A stretch of DNA of 64,000 nucleotides, taken from Candidatus Staskawiczbacteria bacterium. Its GTDB lineage: Bacteria > Patescibacteriota > Minisyncoccia > Minisyncoccales > Staskawiczbacteraceae. Positions 19,187 through 28,109 of this stretch are shown here, in pieces. The position numbers and the translations under genes were made by a program. The notes beneath the pieces were generated by a model that saw nothing but the letters and a program-made list of their open reading frames with translations, did not search any database and was not told the DNA's origin. The stretch spans positions 5,678 to 69,677 of the forward strand of contig JAPLYZ010000010.1 of the NCBI GenBank assembly GCA_026395295.1. Reading direction: 5' to 3'. Position 1 is the stretch's first letter, and the number at the start of each line of letters is the position of its first letter.

Positions 19187-19696
19187 ATGACAGAAGAACC
19201 AAATGTAAATATTGGTAAATCCTTCGACGCGGCTCAGGATGAGTTGAAGGCGCTTCAACTCAAATCTGAAGAGTATCTAAATGGCTGGAAGCGTGAGCGA
19301 GCAGATTTTTTAAATTACAAAAAAGATGAAATGGAGCGAATTGGCCAGCTTGTAAAATATGCCAACGAGGAAATTATTTTAAAAATAATTCCAATTTTAG
19401 ATAATCTTTGCCTGGCGGCAAGCCACCCTTCGACGGGCTCAGGGCAGGCATTACTTAAAGGGGTGGAACAAATTAAAAAGCAGCTGGAAGATTTTTTACA
19501 AAAAGAGGGGATTGAGCCAATAGAAACAATCGGCAAGCCATTTGATCCTAATTTCCACGAAGTAGTCGAGGAAATTAGCCCTTCCGAAGCTTTAGCGAAG
19601 GAGGGCAAGCCCAATACTGTAGTGGCGGAAGTCCAGCGAGGCTACACAATGCACGGCCGAATCATCAGGGTCGCTAAGGTCAAGATATCAAAATAG
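19187..19696 (+). CDS. grpE: Nucleotide exchange factor GrpE (three palindromic inserts)
   Basis: RERADFLNYKK, ILDNL, FDPNFHE, QRGYTMHGRIIR.AKV. Confidence 0.95.
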   Translation: MTEEPNVNIGKSFDAAQDELKALQLKSEEYLNGWKRERADFLNYKKDEMERIGQLVKYANEEIILKIIPILDNLCLAASHPSTGSGQALLKGVEQIKKQLEDFLQKEGIEPIETIGKPFDPNFHEVVEEISPSEALAKEGKPNTVVAEVQRGYTMHGRIIRVAKVKISK

Positions 19697-19771
19697 CGCT
19701 TGTCCGGATTTTTTGCGGTCGCAAAATTTCCGGCCACACAAAAATCGCTAGTCTTATGCAAGGTAAATAAT

Positions 19772-20305
19772 ATGAATACAGAACAAAGACAAGAAATTCG
19801 CGAGGAAGAGCCAAAAGAAAAAATTACAACCTATACCGACGAGTATAAGGAAGGGGTCTTAAGATTCTATGATAAGCTAAGGAACGAGTTCAGGGATGTT
19901 GATTTAGGTCAATCGGGTCAGGGACCAAACAAAGCTAATCAAGAAATTGGAAAGAAAAGCGAGAATAGCGACTTTTGGGTGGCAACGAATGATGAAAACG
20001 AAGTTGTCGGAACTGCTGGTTTGGACGATTGCGGGAACGGAATTGGATATTTTAGAAGTTTGTATGTGGATAAAAGCTTAAGAGGAAAAGGGGTTGCAAA
20101 AGAACTTTTATCTGCCACGGTTAGTTTCGCCAAGGAAAAGAAGTATAAAGTTATTTTTGCCGCAACAATGCCCAAAAATACAGGAGTTCATAAATTTAAC
20201 ATCAAAAATGGTTTTCGGAAAATAGATGTCCCGCCGGCGAATTCTGAGAAGTTCCGCCCCGGCACAGTATTTTTTGAAATGGATTTAGGAGAAAAAAAAG
20301 AATAA
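19772..20305 (+). CDS. GNAT-family N-acetyltransferase
   Basis: LYVDKSLRGKGVAKELL acetyl-CoA motif, KNGF; start moved to MNTEQ. Confidence 0.85.
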   Translation: MNTEQRQEIREEEPKEKITTYTDEYKEGVLRFYDKLRNEFRDVDLGQSGQGPNKANQEIGKKSENSDFWVATNDENEVVGTAGLDDCGNGIGYFRSLYVDKSLRGKGVAKELLSATVSFAKEKKYKVIFAATMPKNTGVHKFNIKNGFRKIDVPPANSEKFRPGTVFFEMDLGEKKE

Positions 20306-20480
20306 TGTTAAAAAAGATAGTGGTAAATTTTTTGACGAACGACAAAAACGCTACCACTACGCGAAATACTTTAAATACTTTCAGGTTGTCGTGTGACAAC
20401 CAAAGATAATCAAAAGCTGTTCTAAAATTTTTTAGAATAGCTGTGAGAAAAAAATTAGTGAATAATTAAAAAATAAAATT

Positions 20481-21362
20481 ATGGCGAGAATAAATTTAAA
20501 AACTGGAAAAGTCATTAAACCTCAAGAATTTAGTGGAGGGAATCCCGAACATCAACTGCAAAAATACGCAGAAGAATATTTAGGAGAACATTTCCGATGT
20601 TATTATTTAAAAAGTTTTTATCAAATACCTAATGGAGAAATTGATACCTTGGCTATCACCGAAGACGGAAATCCTTGTATTATTGAATACAAGCATAAAC
20701 AAGAGGACAGGGTTTTAAATCAAATAGTCTTTTACTATGACTGGTTAACGCAAAAGCCCACAAAATTCGAGTTTGAAAGAATTGTTAAAGAAAATCAGAT
20801 AACTAAAAGTATTGATGTTGATTGGTCAGAAATCCGTTTGATTTGCGTTGCGAAGGAATATTCTAAGTGGGACGCTAGCTTAATTAAACACTTGGATACC
20901 GACATCGAATGTTATACATATACTTATCATGAAAATGAATTAGATATTTATTTAGACCCACTCATCAATCAATTTAAAAAACAAAAAAACTACTCTGGCG
21001 AGCCAGTCAATAAGGTGGTTACGCTAGAAGACCACAGAAATAGAGCTGATAAAGAAGGAAAAGAATTTTTGGACGAATTAAGAGAAAGCGTGTTTAAAAT
21101 GGGGGATGATATTGAAGAGGGGTATACACCAGATTACATAAAATATTTTGTCAAAACTACATTTCTGGGTATACATGTGAAGAGAAAATGGCTAGTTATC
21201 CAATTAAGAGTGAACGAAAAAACTTTTAAAGATCCTAAAAAATTGGCTAAAGATATTTCAAGCAGAAAATGGACGACTACTAGAGAAATGAAAATTGATA
21301 GTATGGATAAATTAAACTACGCGATTACTTTGATAAAACAAGCGTACGAAGCCCAACATTAA
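20481..21362 (+). CDS. PD-(D/E)XK (NucS-like) nuclease domain plus DUF5655-like domain
   Basis: E..LQ, IDTLAI.EDGNPCIIEYK, Q..FYYDWL; C-terminal LIKQAYE. Confidence 0.7.
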   Translation: MARINLKTGKVIKPQEFSGGNPEHQLQKYAEEYLGEHFRCYYLKSFYQIPNGEIDTLAITEDGNPCIIEYKHKQEDRVLNQIVFYYDWLTQKPTKFEFERIVKENQITKSIDVDWSEIRLICVAKEYSKWDASLIKHLDTDIECYTYTYHENELDIYLDPLINQFKKQKNYSGEPVNKVVTLEDHRNRADKEGKEFLDELRESVFKMGDDIEEGYTPDYIKYFVKTTFLGIHVKRKWLVIQLRVNEKTFKDPKKLAKDISSRKWTTTREMKIDSMDKLNYAITLIKQAYEAQH

Positions 21363-21457
21363 AAATAAATAAGATAATTTTATTGTGCAACATTCTGTCC
21401 CTATGCACCTATGTATAGTAACAGATATTGTGCGACACAATATTAAAAATAAATAAA

Positions 21458-23362
21458 ATGAGCAAGATACTTGGTATAGATTTGGGGACAACGTTCTCGG
21501 CCATGGCGGTGGTGGAGGGAGGCGAGGCGAAAATTATTGAGAATAAAGAAGGAGCGCGGACTACGCCGTCTATTGTGGCAATGTCAAAAAGCGGAGAAAG
21601 AGTTGTTGGCGTGCTTGCAAAGAGGCAGGCTGTCACAAACCCAAAAAACACAATTTATTCTGTTAAAAGACTAATTGGCAGAAAGTTTACCGACCCCGAA
21701 GTGCAAAGAGACAAAAAATTATTGCCGTATGAAATTCGCGAATCAGCTGATGGCGGAGTAGATGTTAAAATGGGCGATAAGTGGCTTAACCCGGCTGAAA
21801 TTTCGGCAATGATTTTGCAAAAATTGAAAGCTGACGCCGAAGCAAAACTTGGCGAAACAATTACCGAGGCAATTATTACCTGCCCGGCATATTTTGACGA
21901 CTCGCAGAGAAAAGCCACAAAAGTGGCAGGAGAAATTGCCGGTTTCAAAGTTGACAGAGTTATTAACGAACCAACTGCCGCGGCTTTGGCTTATGGATTG
22001 AACAAAAAGAAAGATGAAAAAATTTGCGTTTACGATTTTGGCGGAGGAACTTTTGATATTTCCATTTTGGATGTTGGAGCTGACACAGTTGAAGTAAAAG
22101 CAACCGGCGGAGACACGCATTTGGGCGGAGATGATTTTGACCAAAGGATTATGGACTGGATTGTCAAAGAATTTAAAAAAGACAATGGAGTTGACTTGTC
22201 AAAAGACATGCTGGCTTTGCAAAGAATTAAAGAATCGGCTGAAAAAGCAAAAATTGAGCTGTCTTCAAGCCTTGAGGCTCAAATTAACTTGCCATTTATT
22301 ACCTCTGACCACAATGGGCCAAAACATTTGGACTTGAAATTAACCAGGGCTAATTTGGAAAGTATGGTGCAGGATTATTTGGATAAATCAATTGAGCTGG
22401 TTAAAAAAACAATGAAAGAAGCCGGGCTTGAACCAAAAGACATAAACGAAGTCGTATTAGTTGGAGGACAGACCAGAATGCCAAAAATGATTGAAGAGGT
22501 AAAAAAATACTTTGGCAAGGAACCCAATAAAGAAGTAAACCCTGACGAGGTTGTGGCAATTGGGGCCGCTGTTCAGGGTGGAATTATGAAGGGTGAAGTC
22601 AGAGATGTTTTGTTGCTGGACGTAACGCCTTTGTCGCTGGGAATTGAAACCTTTGGCGGAGTGAACACAGTTTTAATTGCCAAAAACACAACTGTGCCAA
22701 CTGCCAAGAATCAGGTGTTTTCAACAGCCGCCGACAGCCAGACAAGTGTTGAAGTGCATGTTTTGCAGGGCGAAAGGCCAATGGCGCAAGACAACAAAAC
22801 TTTAGGAAGGTTTATTTTAGATGGAATTCCGCCAGCGCCGAGAGGTACGCCACAAGTTGAAGTTTCTTTTGACATTGACGCCAATGGAATTCTAAACGTG
22901 TCGGCAAAAGACAAAGCAACCGGCAAAACTCAGTCAATAAAAATTGAAGGCTCATCGGGGCTTTCAAAGGAAGAAATTGAGAAAATGAAAAAAGACGCGG
23001 AAATTCACGCTTCAGAGGACAAAAAGAAACAGGAAGCCATAGAAATTAAAAATTCAGCCGATGCTTTGGTTTATACCTGCGAGAAAACTCTACAAGATAA
23101 TAAGGCGCGAGAGGTTGAACCCGCCTTCGCTAAAAGCTTCGGCGAGGCAAGGGATAAAATTGCCAGCTTGAAAGATGCAGAAAAAGGTGATAATATGGAG
23201 GAAATCAAAGCAAAGACCAAAGATTTGTCGGAAACAATACAGAAAATCGGAGCAGAATTGTATAAACAGCAAAAGCCCGAAGACAAAACATCTGGCTCTA
23301 GCGAGACAAAGAAAGATGGCGGTGAACCAAAAGCAGATGAAGGGAAGTACACCGAGAAGTAA
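21458..23362 (+). CDS. dnaK: Chaperone DnaK
   Basis: [41 protein letters not shown]; start moved to MSKIL. Confidence 0.98.
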   Translation: MSKILGIDLGTTFSAMAVVEGGEAKIIENKEGARTTPSIVAMSKSGERVVGVLAKRQAVTNPKNTIYSVKRLIGRKFTDPEVQRDKKLLPYEIRESADGGVDVKMGDKWLNPAEISAMILQKLKADAEAKLGETITEAIITCPAYFDDSQRKATKVAGEIAGFKVDRVINEPTAAALAYGLNKKKDEKICVYDFGGGTFDISILDVGADTVEVKATGGDTHLGGDDFDQRIMDWIVKEFKKDNGVDLSKDMLALQRIKESAEKAKIELSSSLEAQINLPFITSDHNGPKHLDLKLTRANLESMVQDYLDKSIELVKKTMKEAGLEPKDINEVVLVGGQTRMPKMIEEVKKYFGKEPNKEVNPDEVVAIGAAVQGGIMKGEVRDVLLLDVTPLSLGIETFGGVNTVLIAKNTTVPTAKNQVFSTAADSQTSVEVHVLQGERPMAQDNKTLGRFILDGIPPAPRGTPQVEVSFDIDANGILNVSAKDKATGKTQSIKIEGSSGLSKEEIEKMKKDAEIHASEDKKKQEAIEIKNSADALVYTCEKTLQDNKAREVEPAFAKSFGEARDKIASLKDAEKGDNMEEIKAKTKDLSETIQKIGAELYKQQKPEDKTSGSSETKKDGGEPKADEGKYTEK

Positions 23363-23367
23363 ACCAA

Positions 23368-23473
23368 CGCTCGGAAAATAATTTTCTGCTAACGCTCGTG
23401 TCCCGCTTCGCGGGAAACTCGCTTCGACAGGCACTTTGTGTCCTGTAATACGTTGAAAATTATTTTCCTCGCT
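23368..23473 (+). repeat. 106-bp structured repeat, copy 1 (dnaK-dnaJ spacer)
   Basis: Near-identical to the reverse complements of 53571-53679 and 59229-59334. Confidence 0.92.
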
Positions 23474-23481
23474 TTCCTAAA

Positions 23482-24606
23482 ATGGATTACTATGAAGTCT
23501 TGGGAATTACTAAAAGTGCTTCTCAAGAAGAAATAAAAAAAGCATTTCACAAACTGGCGCACAAATATCACCCGGACAAGGGCGGAGATGAAAAGAAGTT
23601 CAAGGAAATCAATGAAGCGTACCAGGTGCTTTCAGATAGCGCAAAAAGAGCTCAATACGACCAGTATGGGCGTGTATTCGATGGCAATGAAGGATTTTCC
23701 GCCCAAGGCGGACCAGCCTCGGGCTGGAATTGGGCATGGGGCAACCCTTCAGCAAGCGCAGGACGAGGCGAGGATGGCGTTGAGTTTGATTTTGAAAATG
23801 TTGGAGAGATATTTGAAGAATTTTTTGGCGGGGGATTTGGAGGCGGAGGACGCCGATCAAATAAAAAAGATGCCAGGAAAGGGAAAGATATTCAAGTTGA
23901 TGTAGAAATTGCTTTGGAAAGAACATTAAAAGAGTCAATTGAAAAAATAAGTTTAGCAAAACAAGTTGTATGCCACAGATGCCAGGGAGTTGGAGCAGAA
24001 CCGGGCAGCAAAGTTAAGGAATGTTTTTCTTGCCGAGGAACAGGGCAGGTTCAGCAGGTCAAGAAAACAATTTTTGGTTCGTATACAACTCTGGCAACCT
24101 GCCCGGAATGCAAGGGCGAAGGCACAATTCCTGAAAAGCCATGCAATGTGTGTAAAGGCGAAGGTAGAATAAAAGGCGAAGAAACAATTGAGGTGCATAT
24201 TCCTGCCGGAATTGATACTAATCAGGTTATAAGAGTTGACGGCAAGGGCGAGGCAGGGAAAAAAGGAGCCAAAGCGGGAAATCTTTTTGCCAGAATTTCT
24301 GTTAAACAGCACCCTGTGTTTGAGAGAAGGGGAGACGATTTGTTCAGTCAGTCGGAGATTAGTTTTTCACAGGCAGCTTTGGGAGATGAAATAGAAATTA
24401 AATCATTGGAAGGCACAAACATTTTACTGGAAGTGCCCACAGGAACCGAATCGGGAAAGGTTTTAAGAATTTCGGGAAAAGGAATTCCGCATTTTGGAGG
24501 ATTTGGAAAAGGAAACCTGTACATTGAGTTGAAAATTAAAACACCAAAAAAATTATCCAAGCGCCAGAAAGAACTATTGGACCAGCTTCATCAAGAAGGT
24601 CTGTAG
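23482..24606 (+). CDS. dnaJ: Chaperone DnaJ
   Basis: J domain HPD, G/F region, four CxxCxGxG repeats. Confidence 0.98.
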   Translation: MDYYEVLGITKSASQEEIKKAFHKLAHKYHPDKGGDEKKFKEINEAYQVLSDSAKRAQYDQYGRVFDGNEGFSAQGGPASGWNWAWGNPSASAGRGEDGVEFDFENVGEIFEEFFGGGFGGGGRRSNKKDARKGKDIQVDVEIALERTLKESIEKISLAKQVVCHRCQGVGAEPGSKVKECFSCRGTGQVQQVKKTIFGSYTTLATCPECKGEGTIPEKPCNVCKGEGRIKGEETIEVHIPAGIDTNQVIRVDGKGEAGKKGAKAGNLFARISVKQHPVFERRGDDLFSQSEISFSQAALGDEIEIKSLEGTNILLEVPTGTESGKVLRISGKGIPHFGGFGKGNLYIELKIKTPKKLSKRQKELLDQLHQEGL

Positions 24607-24612
24607 AAACGC

Positions 24613-24685
24613 GCCCTTGTAGCTCAATTGGTAGAGCAGTTCCCTTTTAAGGAATTGGTTTCGAGTTCGAGTCTCGACAAGGGCA
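24613..24685 (+). tRNA. tRNA-Lys(UUU)
   Basis: GCCCTTG/CAAGGGC acceptor, GCTC/GAGC D stem, anticodon loop CTTTTAA, TTCGAGT T loop; no encoded CCA. Confidence 0.95.
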
Positions 24686-24693
24686 CATTAACT

Positions 24694-24721
24694 AAAAATC
24701 CGCCAATCTGGCGGATTTTTA
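24694..24721. terminator. Bidirectional terminator
   Basis: AAAAATCCGCCA-atc-TGGCGGATTTTT between convergent units. Confidence 0.8.
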
Positions 24722-24725
24722 GTTA

Positions 24726-25220
24726 CTATTTGGTTTTTGAGAAGGCCTTTGCCATTTCTAACCATTTTGGCGCTCGGGGGCGGTTTTTATATTTTGCTGA
24801 AGACTTGTGAATTTCTATTAAAGTGCACAGGTCATTTTTTTTCCAACTGGCTAAAGACTTTCCCTTATTTCTTTGGATTACCTCAACTCCTTTTGCCCAA
24901 AGTTCAAAATCTTTTTTCTTTTTGTCAGCCAGCAAATTTTTTCTGAAAAACGGCACAACCACTTCGGCAATATCGCTAATTTTTTGCACAGAGAATCTTG
25001 CCTGATCTTTGGAAACGGTAATTTCTCCGCAATCCATTTCGTTTTTTATTTTTTCCAAAATTTTAAAATCGTTTTTGGGCGAGGTAACCACAAACTGAGC
25101 TTTCCAACGGTAGTAAGTGGGGGAGTTGGTTCTTTCGTGCCGGGTGTCTTTTCTAAATTGCAAATCAAAGCAACCATCGGAATTTACTAGGTTTACTATA
25201 TTAAATTTTTCTGTTACCAT
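24726..25220 (-). CDS. Free-standing single-motif LAGLIDADG endonuclease-like protein
   Basis: NLVNSDGCF motif, ILEKIK..M.CG.I, V.PFF.KN.L...KKKDFELW. Confidence 0.8.
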   Translation of the reverse strand: MVTEKFNIVNLVNSDGCFDLQFRKDTRHERTNSPTYYRWKAQFVVTSPKNDFKILEKIKNEMDCGEITVSKDQARFSVQKISDIAEVVVPFFRKNLLADKKKKDFELWAKGVEVIQRNKGKSLASWKKNDLCTLIEIHKSSAKYKNRPRAPKWLEMAKAFSKTK

Positions 25221-25287
25221 AACTTTATAAAATTAGTTTTTAATTTATAGATTGATTATAGCAGATATTTAATTGTGCGACAACACC

Positions 25288-26601
25288 ATGAAACAAAAGG
25301 AAGCATTAGATATTCTAAAAATGGGTTACAATACTTTTTTGACAGGCCCGCCGGGAAGCGGAAAAACTTTTTTATTAAATAAATATATTGAATATCTTAG
25401 AAAAAATAATATTCCCGTTTCAATTACCGCCAGCACCGGCATTGCCGCTACCCATATGGGCGGGGTTACATTGCATTCGTGGTCTGGCCTGGGAATCAGA
25501 GAAAAGTTAGATGACTTGGAAGTAAGGCAAGTTTGCGACAAGGGATATTTAAGAAAAAGAATAAAAAACACGGGCGTTTTAATTATAGACGAGATTTCCA
25601 TGATTAAAGCTTCACAGTTTGAGGCTGTAAGCAAAATTTGCCAGTATATAAAAAGAAATATCCGACCCTTTGGCGGAATACAAGTTATTTGCTCGGGCGA
25701 TTTTTTCCAGCTGCCACCGGTGGAAAAAGAAGGCAGGGAAATAAAATTTGTTACCGAGTCAGACGTTTGGAAGCAAATGGAAATGAAAATTTGTTATTTA
25801 GACGAACAGCATAGAACAAAAGATAAAAAACTGCATAAAATTTTAAATTGCATTCGCGAAAGCAAAGCAGGGGAATCAAAAGAACTTTTGTATCAAGCGC
25901 AAAAAGTGGCAAAAGATTTAAAACGTGTTTTTACAAAACTTTACACTCACAACGTTGATGTGGACAGCATTAACTATTCTGAGCTGAACAAAATAAAAGG
26001 AAAAGAATATTATTATCAAATGGGGCTGAGAGGAAATCTTGTTGTCGCAGAGGCGTTGAAAAAAAGTTGCTTGGCGCCCGAGAAGCTAATTTTAAAAGAC
26101 GGCGCGCACGTGATGTTTATTAAAAACAATTTTGACGCAGGATATGTTAACGGAACGCAGGGGAAGATAGTTGGTTTTGGGGCGGGGGATTTGCCTATTG
26201 TCAAAACTCAAGACGGTAAAAAAATAACCGTAGCTTATGCCGACTGGACAATAGAAGAGGAAAATTTAATAGTGGCCGGAATTTCTCAAATTCCGCTAAG
26301 GTTGGCATGGGCCATTACCGTGCATAAATCACAAGGAATGAACCTTGATTCGGCCGAAATGGATCTTTCGAGATGTTTTTTAGAAGGCATGGGGTATGTT
26401 GCGCTTTCCAGATTAAGGTCATTAAAGGGTTTGCGACTGATGGGAATAAACAACCTGGCTTTTTGTGTGAATCCTCGGGCGCTGAAAATAGATAAACAAT
26501 TCAGGCTTTTTTCCAAAGAAGCCTCAGCTGAACTAAAAAAGACGCCGGCGGGCGCTGTAACCAAAAGGCAAAAACTTTTTATTAAATATTTAGGCGGCTA
26601 G
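25288..26601 (+). CDS. PIF1-like SF1B helicase
   Basis: TGPPGSGKT, TASTGIAA, IIDEISM, GDFFQLPP, LAWAITVHKSQG, YVALSR. Confidence 0.92.
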   Translation: MKQKEALDILKMGYNTFLTGPPGSGKTFLLNKYIEYLRKNNIPVSITASTGIAATHMGGVTLHSWSGLGIREKLDDLEVRQVCDKGYLRKRIKNTGVLIIDEISMIKASQFEAVSKICQYIKRNIRPFGGIQVICSGDFFQLPPVEKEGREIKFVTESDVWKQMEMKICYLDEQHRTKDKKLHKILNCIRESKAGESKELLYQAQKVAKDLKRVFTKLYTHNVDVDSINYSELNKIKGKEYYYQMGLRGNLVVAEALKKSCLAPEKLILKDGAHVMFIKNNFDAGYVNGTQGKIVGFGAGDLPIVKTQDGKKITVAYADWTIEEENLIVAGISQIPLRLAWAITVHKSQGMNLDSAEMDLSRCFLEGMGYVALSRLRSLKGLRLMGINNLAFCVNPRALKIDKQFRLFSKEASAELKKTPAGAVTKRQKLFIKYLGG

Positions 26602-26632
26602 CCGTAAGGAGTTTTTATTGTGCGACAAGGTA

Positions 26633-27604
26633 TTATTTCTTGTCAGGATCAGAGTGGAATTGATGGTGAATGTCGCGAAGGCGTTTATTGGTTACGTGCG
26701 TGTAGATTTGAGTGGTGGCAATGTTGCTGTGGCCCAAAAACTCTTGGATGCTTCGCAGATCAACTCCCTGGTTTAACAAATCTGTGGCGTAACTGTGGCG
26801 CAGGGTATGAGGTGTTGTAAAAATTGGCACGCCTGAAAGCAGGGCGTATTTTTTTACCGTGCGCTCAATAGACCTTGGGGTAAGCCTGGCATTGGTATCG
26901 TCTTTTTTGTCGCGAAAGTTTATAAACAAGGCTTTTTGATTTGCATGTTTAATATCGTTTCTTATTTCTAAATATTTTTTGATGAAGTTTAATGCGCGTT
27001 CGGAAAAATAAACTACTCGCGGTTTTCCGCCTTTTCCAATTACGCCAAGTTCCATGTCCTTTTTATCTTTTAGATTACTAAATTGTTCAAGGTTCAACGA
27101 GGTGAGCTCAGCAATTCTAAACCCGGTTGAGAAAAAAACCTCTAAAATAGCCCTGTCGCGAGTGCTTATGTCGTCCTTGGGCTCAATGGAGGCTAAAAGC
27201 TTGCTAATTTGGTCTAAAGTAAGGAATTTAATGCTTTTTGAGCCTCTATCTGGCTTTGAGAGCGATATTTTGTCCGGGGGGATACTTTGTATGTCTTTTG
27301 CCACAAAATAGCCTAAAAAGGCCCTTAAAGCGATCAAATAGTAGTTTTGGGTGGCCTTAGATAGCAATTTTCCTGTAGCCAGACTGGGCTGTCTTGAAAG
27401 GTATAATCTATAGTCCCAAATATGCTCGGAGGTCAACTGATGGGGGAGTAAAGACGATAATTTAGCTTGGTCTAACCAATAGAAAAATTTCTGCAGATAA
27501 TTTTTATAATTCTCCTGAGTATTTTTTCTTAAACCTTTTTCAACTTCACAAAAGTCTAAAAAATCTTGCAGATGGTTTTTAATTGGTTTAGTTGAGTTTT
27601 GCAT
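26633..27604 (-). CDS. Xer-family tyrosine recombinase (XerC/D-like)
   Basis: RDRAILE...STGFRIAEL, GKGGK.R, HTLRHSYAT.LL..G.DLR.IQEFLGH.NIATTQIY. Confidence 0.93.
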   Translation of the reverse strand: MQNSTKPIKNHLQDFLDFCEVEKGLRKNTQENYKNYLQKFFYWLDQAKLSSLLPHQLTSEHIWDYRLYLSRQPSLATGKLLSKATQNYYLIALRAFLGYFVAKDIQSIPPDKISLSKPDRGSKSIKFLTLDQISKLLASIEPKDDISTRDRAILEVFFSTGFRIAELTSLNLEQFSNLKDKKDMELGVIGKGGKPRVVYFSERALNFIKKYLEIRNDIKHANQKALFINFRDKKDDTNARLTPRSIERTVKKYALLSGVPIFTTPHTLRHSYATDLLNQGVDLRSIQEFLGHSNIATTQIYTHVTNKRLRDIHHQFHSDPDKK

Positions 27605-27636
27605 TTTCTCCGGATTTTTAGAAGCCTATACTTAGT

Positions 27637-27664
27637 ACGTCGCTTTACCTACATTTTGCGACAT
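27637..27664. other. Candidate dif/Xer operator site (11-6-11)
   Basis: ACGTCGCTTTA CCTACA TTTTGCGACAT, imperfect dyad in the xer 5' leader at the gene-orientation switch. Confidence 0.45.
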
Positions 27665-27677
27665 AGTCTGTATACTA

Positions 27678-27707
27678 ATAATAGTCCACCCCTTATGCCC
27701 ATGTCAA
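27678..27707 (-). promoter_or_regulatory. sigma70 promoter of xer
   Basis: TTGACA-N18-TATTAT on the minus strand. Confidence 0.5.
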
Positions 27708-27746
27708 CGGGTAGTACTAAAAAAGACGTGGTTTAGGTCGTCTTTT

Positions 27747-28109
27747 TTATGGGTTTGCGGTCTGAGGCGCAGTTGGCTGACAGGTTGTATTATTTTTTCC
27801 TGCAACTGCGTTTGCAATTCCAGAAAAATAATTTTCAATTTTTTTCCCAATGTCTTCAGAAACTTTTTGTTTTTCCTGATTAACCGCGTTTGTTATGGTC
27901 TCTCCCCCGCTTTTCACCTGTTCATCTATTTTAGGGTATATGCCAGACATAACCCAATTGGACCCTTTTGCCAAATATGACCCCACCTGGTTTGCCGCAG
28001 CTGAAATAATGGTTTTTCCTGTTGCCTGTGAATATGCCTGCTGGCTAAGAAACACCACACCAAGCAAAATAATTATCGCGACTATATAAATTATAAATTT
28101 TTTTTGCAT
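27747..28109 (-). CDS. Hypothetical membrane-anchored protein
   Basis: N-terminal TM; coupled to the gltX stop. Confidence 0.65.
   Translation of the reverse strand: MQKKFIIYIVAIIILLGVVFLSQQAYSQATGKTIISAAANQVGSYLAKGSNWVMSGIYPKIDEQVKSGGETITNAVNQEKQKVSEDIGKKIENYFSGIANAVAGKNNTTCQPTAPQTANP

Noticed and set aside
26633..27604. Integron integrase or prophage integrase
   Set aside because: No IntI-specific insertion, attC array or phage genes are evident; the sequence looks like a chromosomal Xer.
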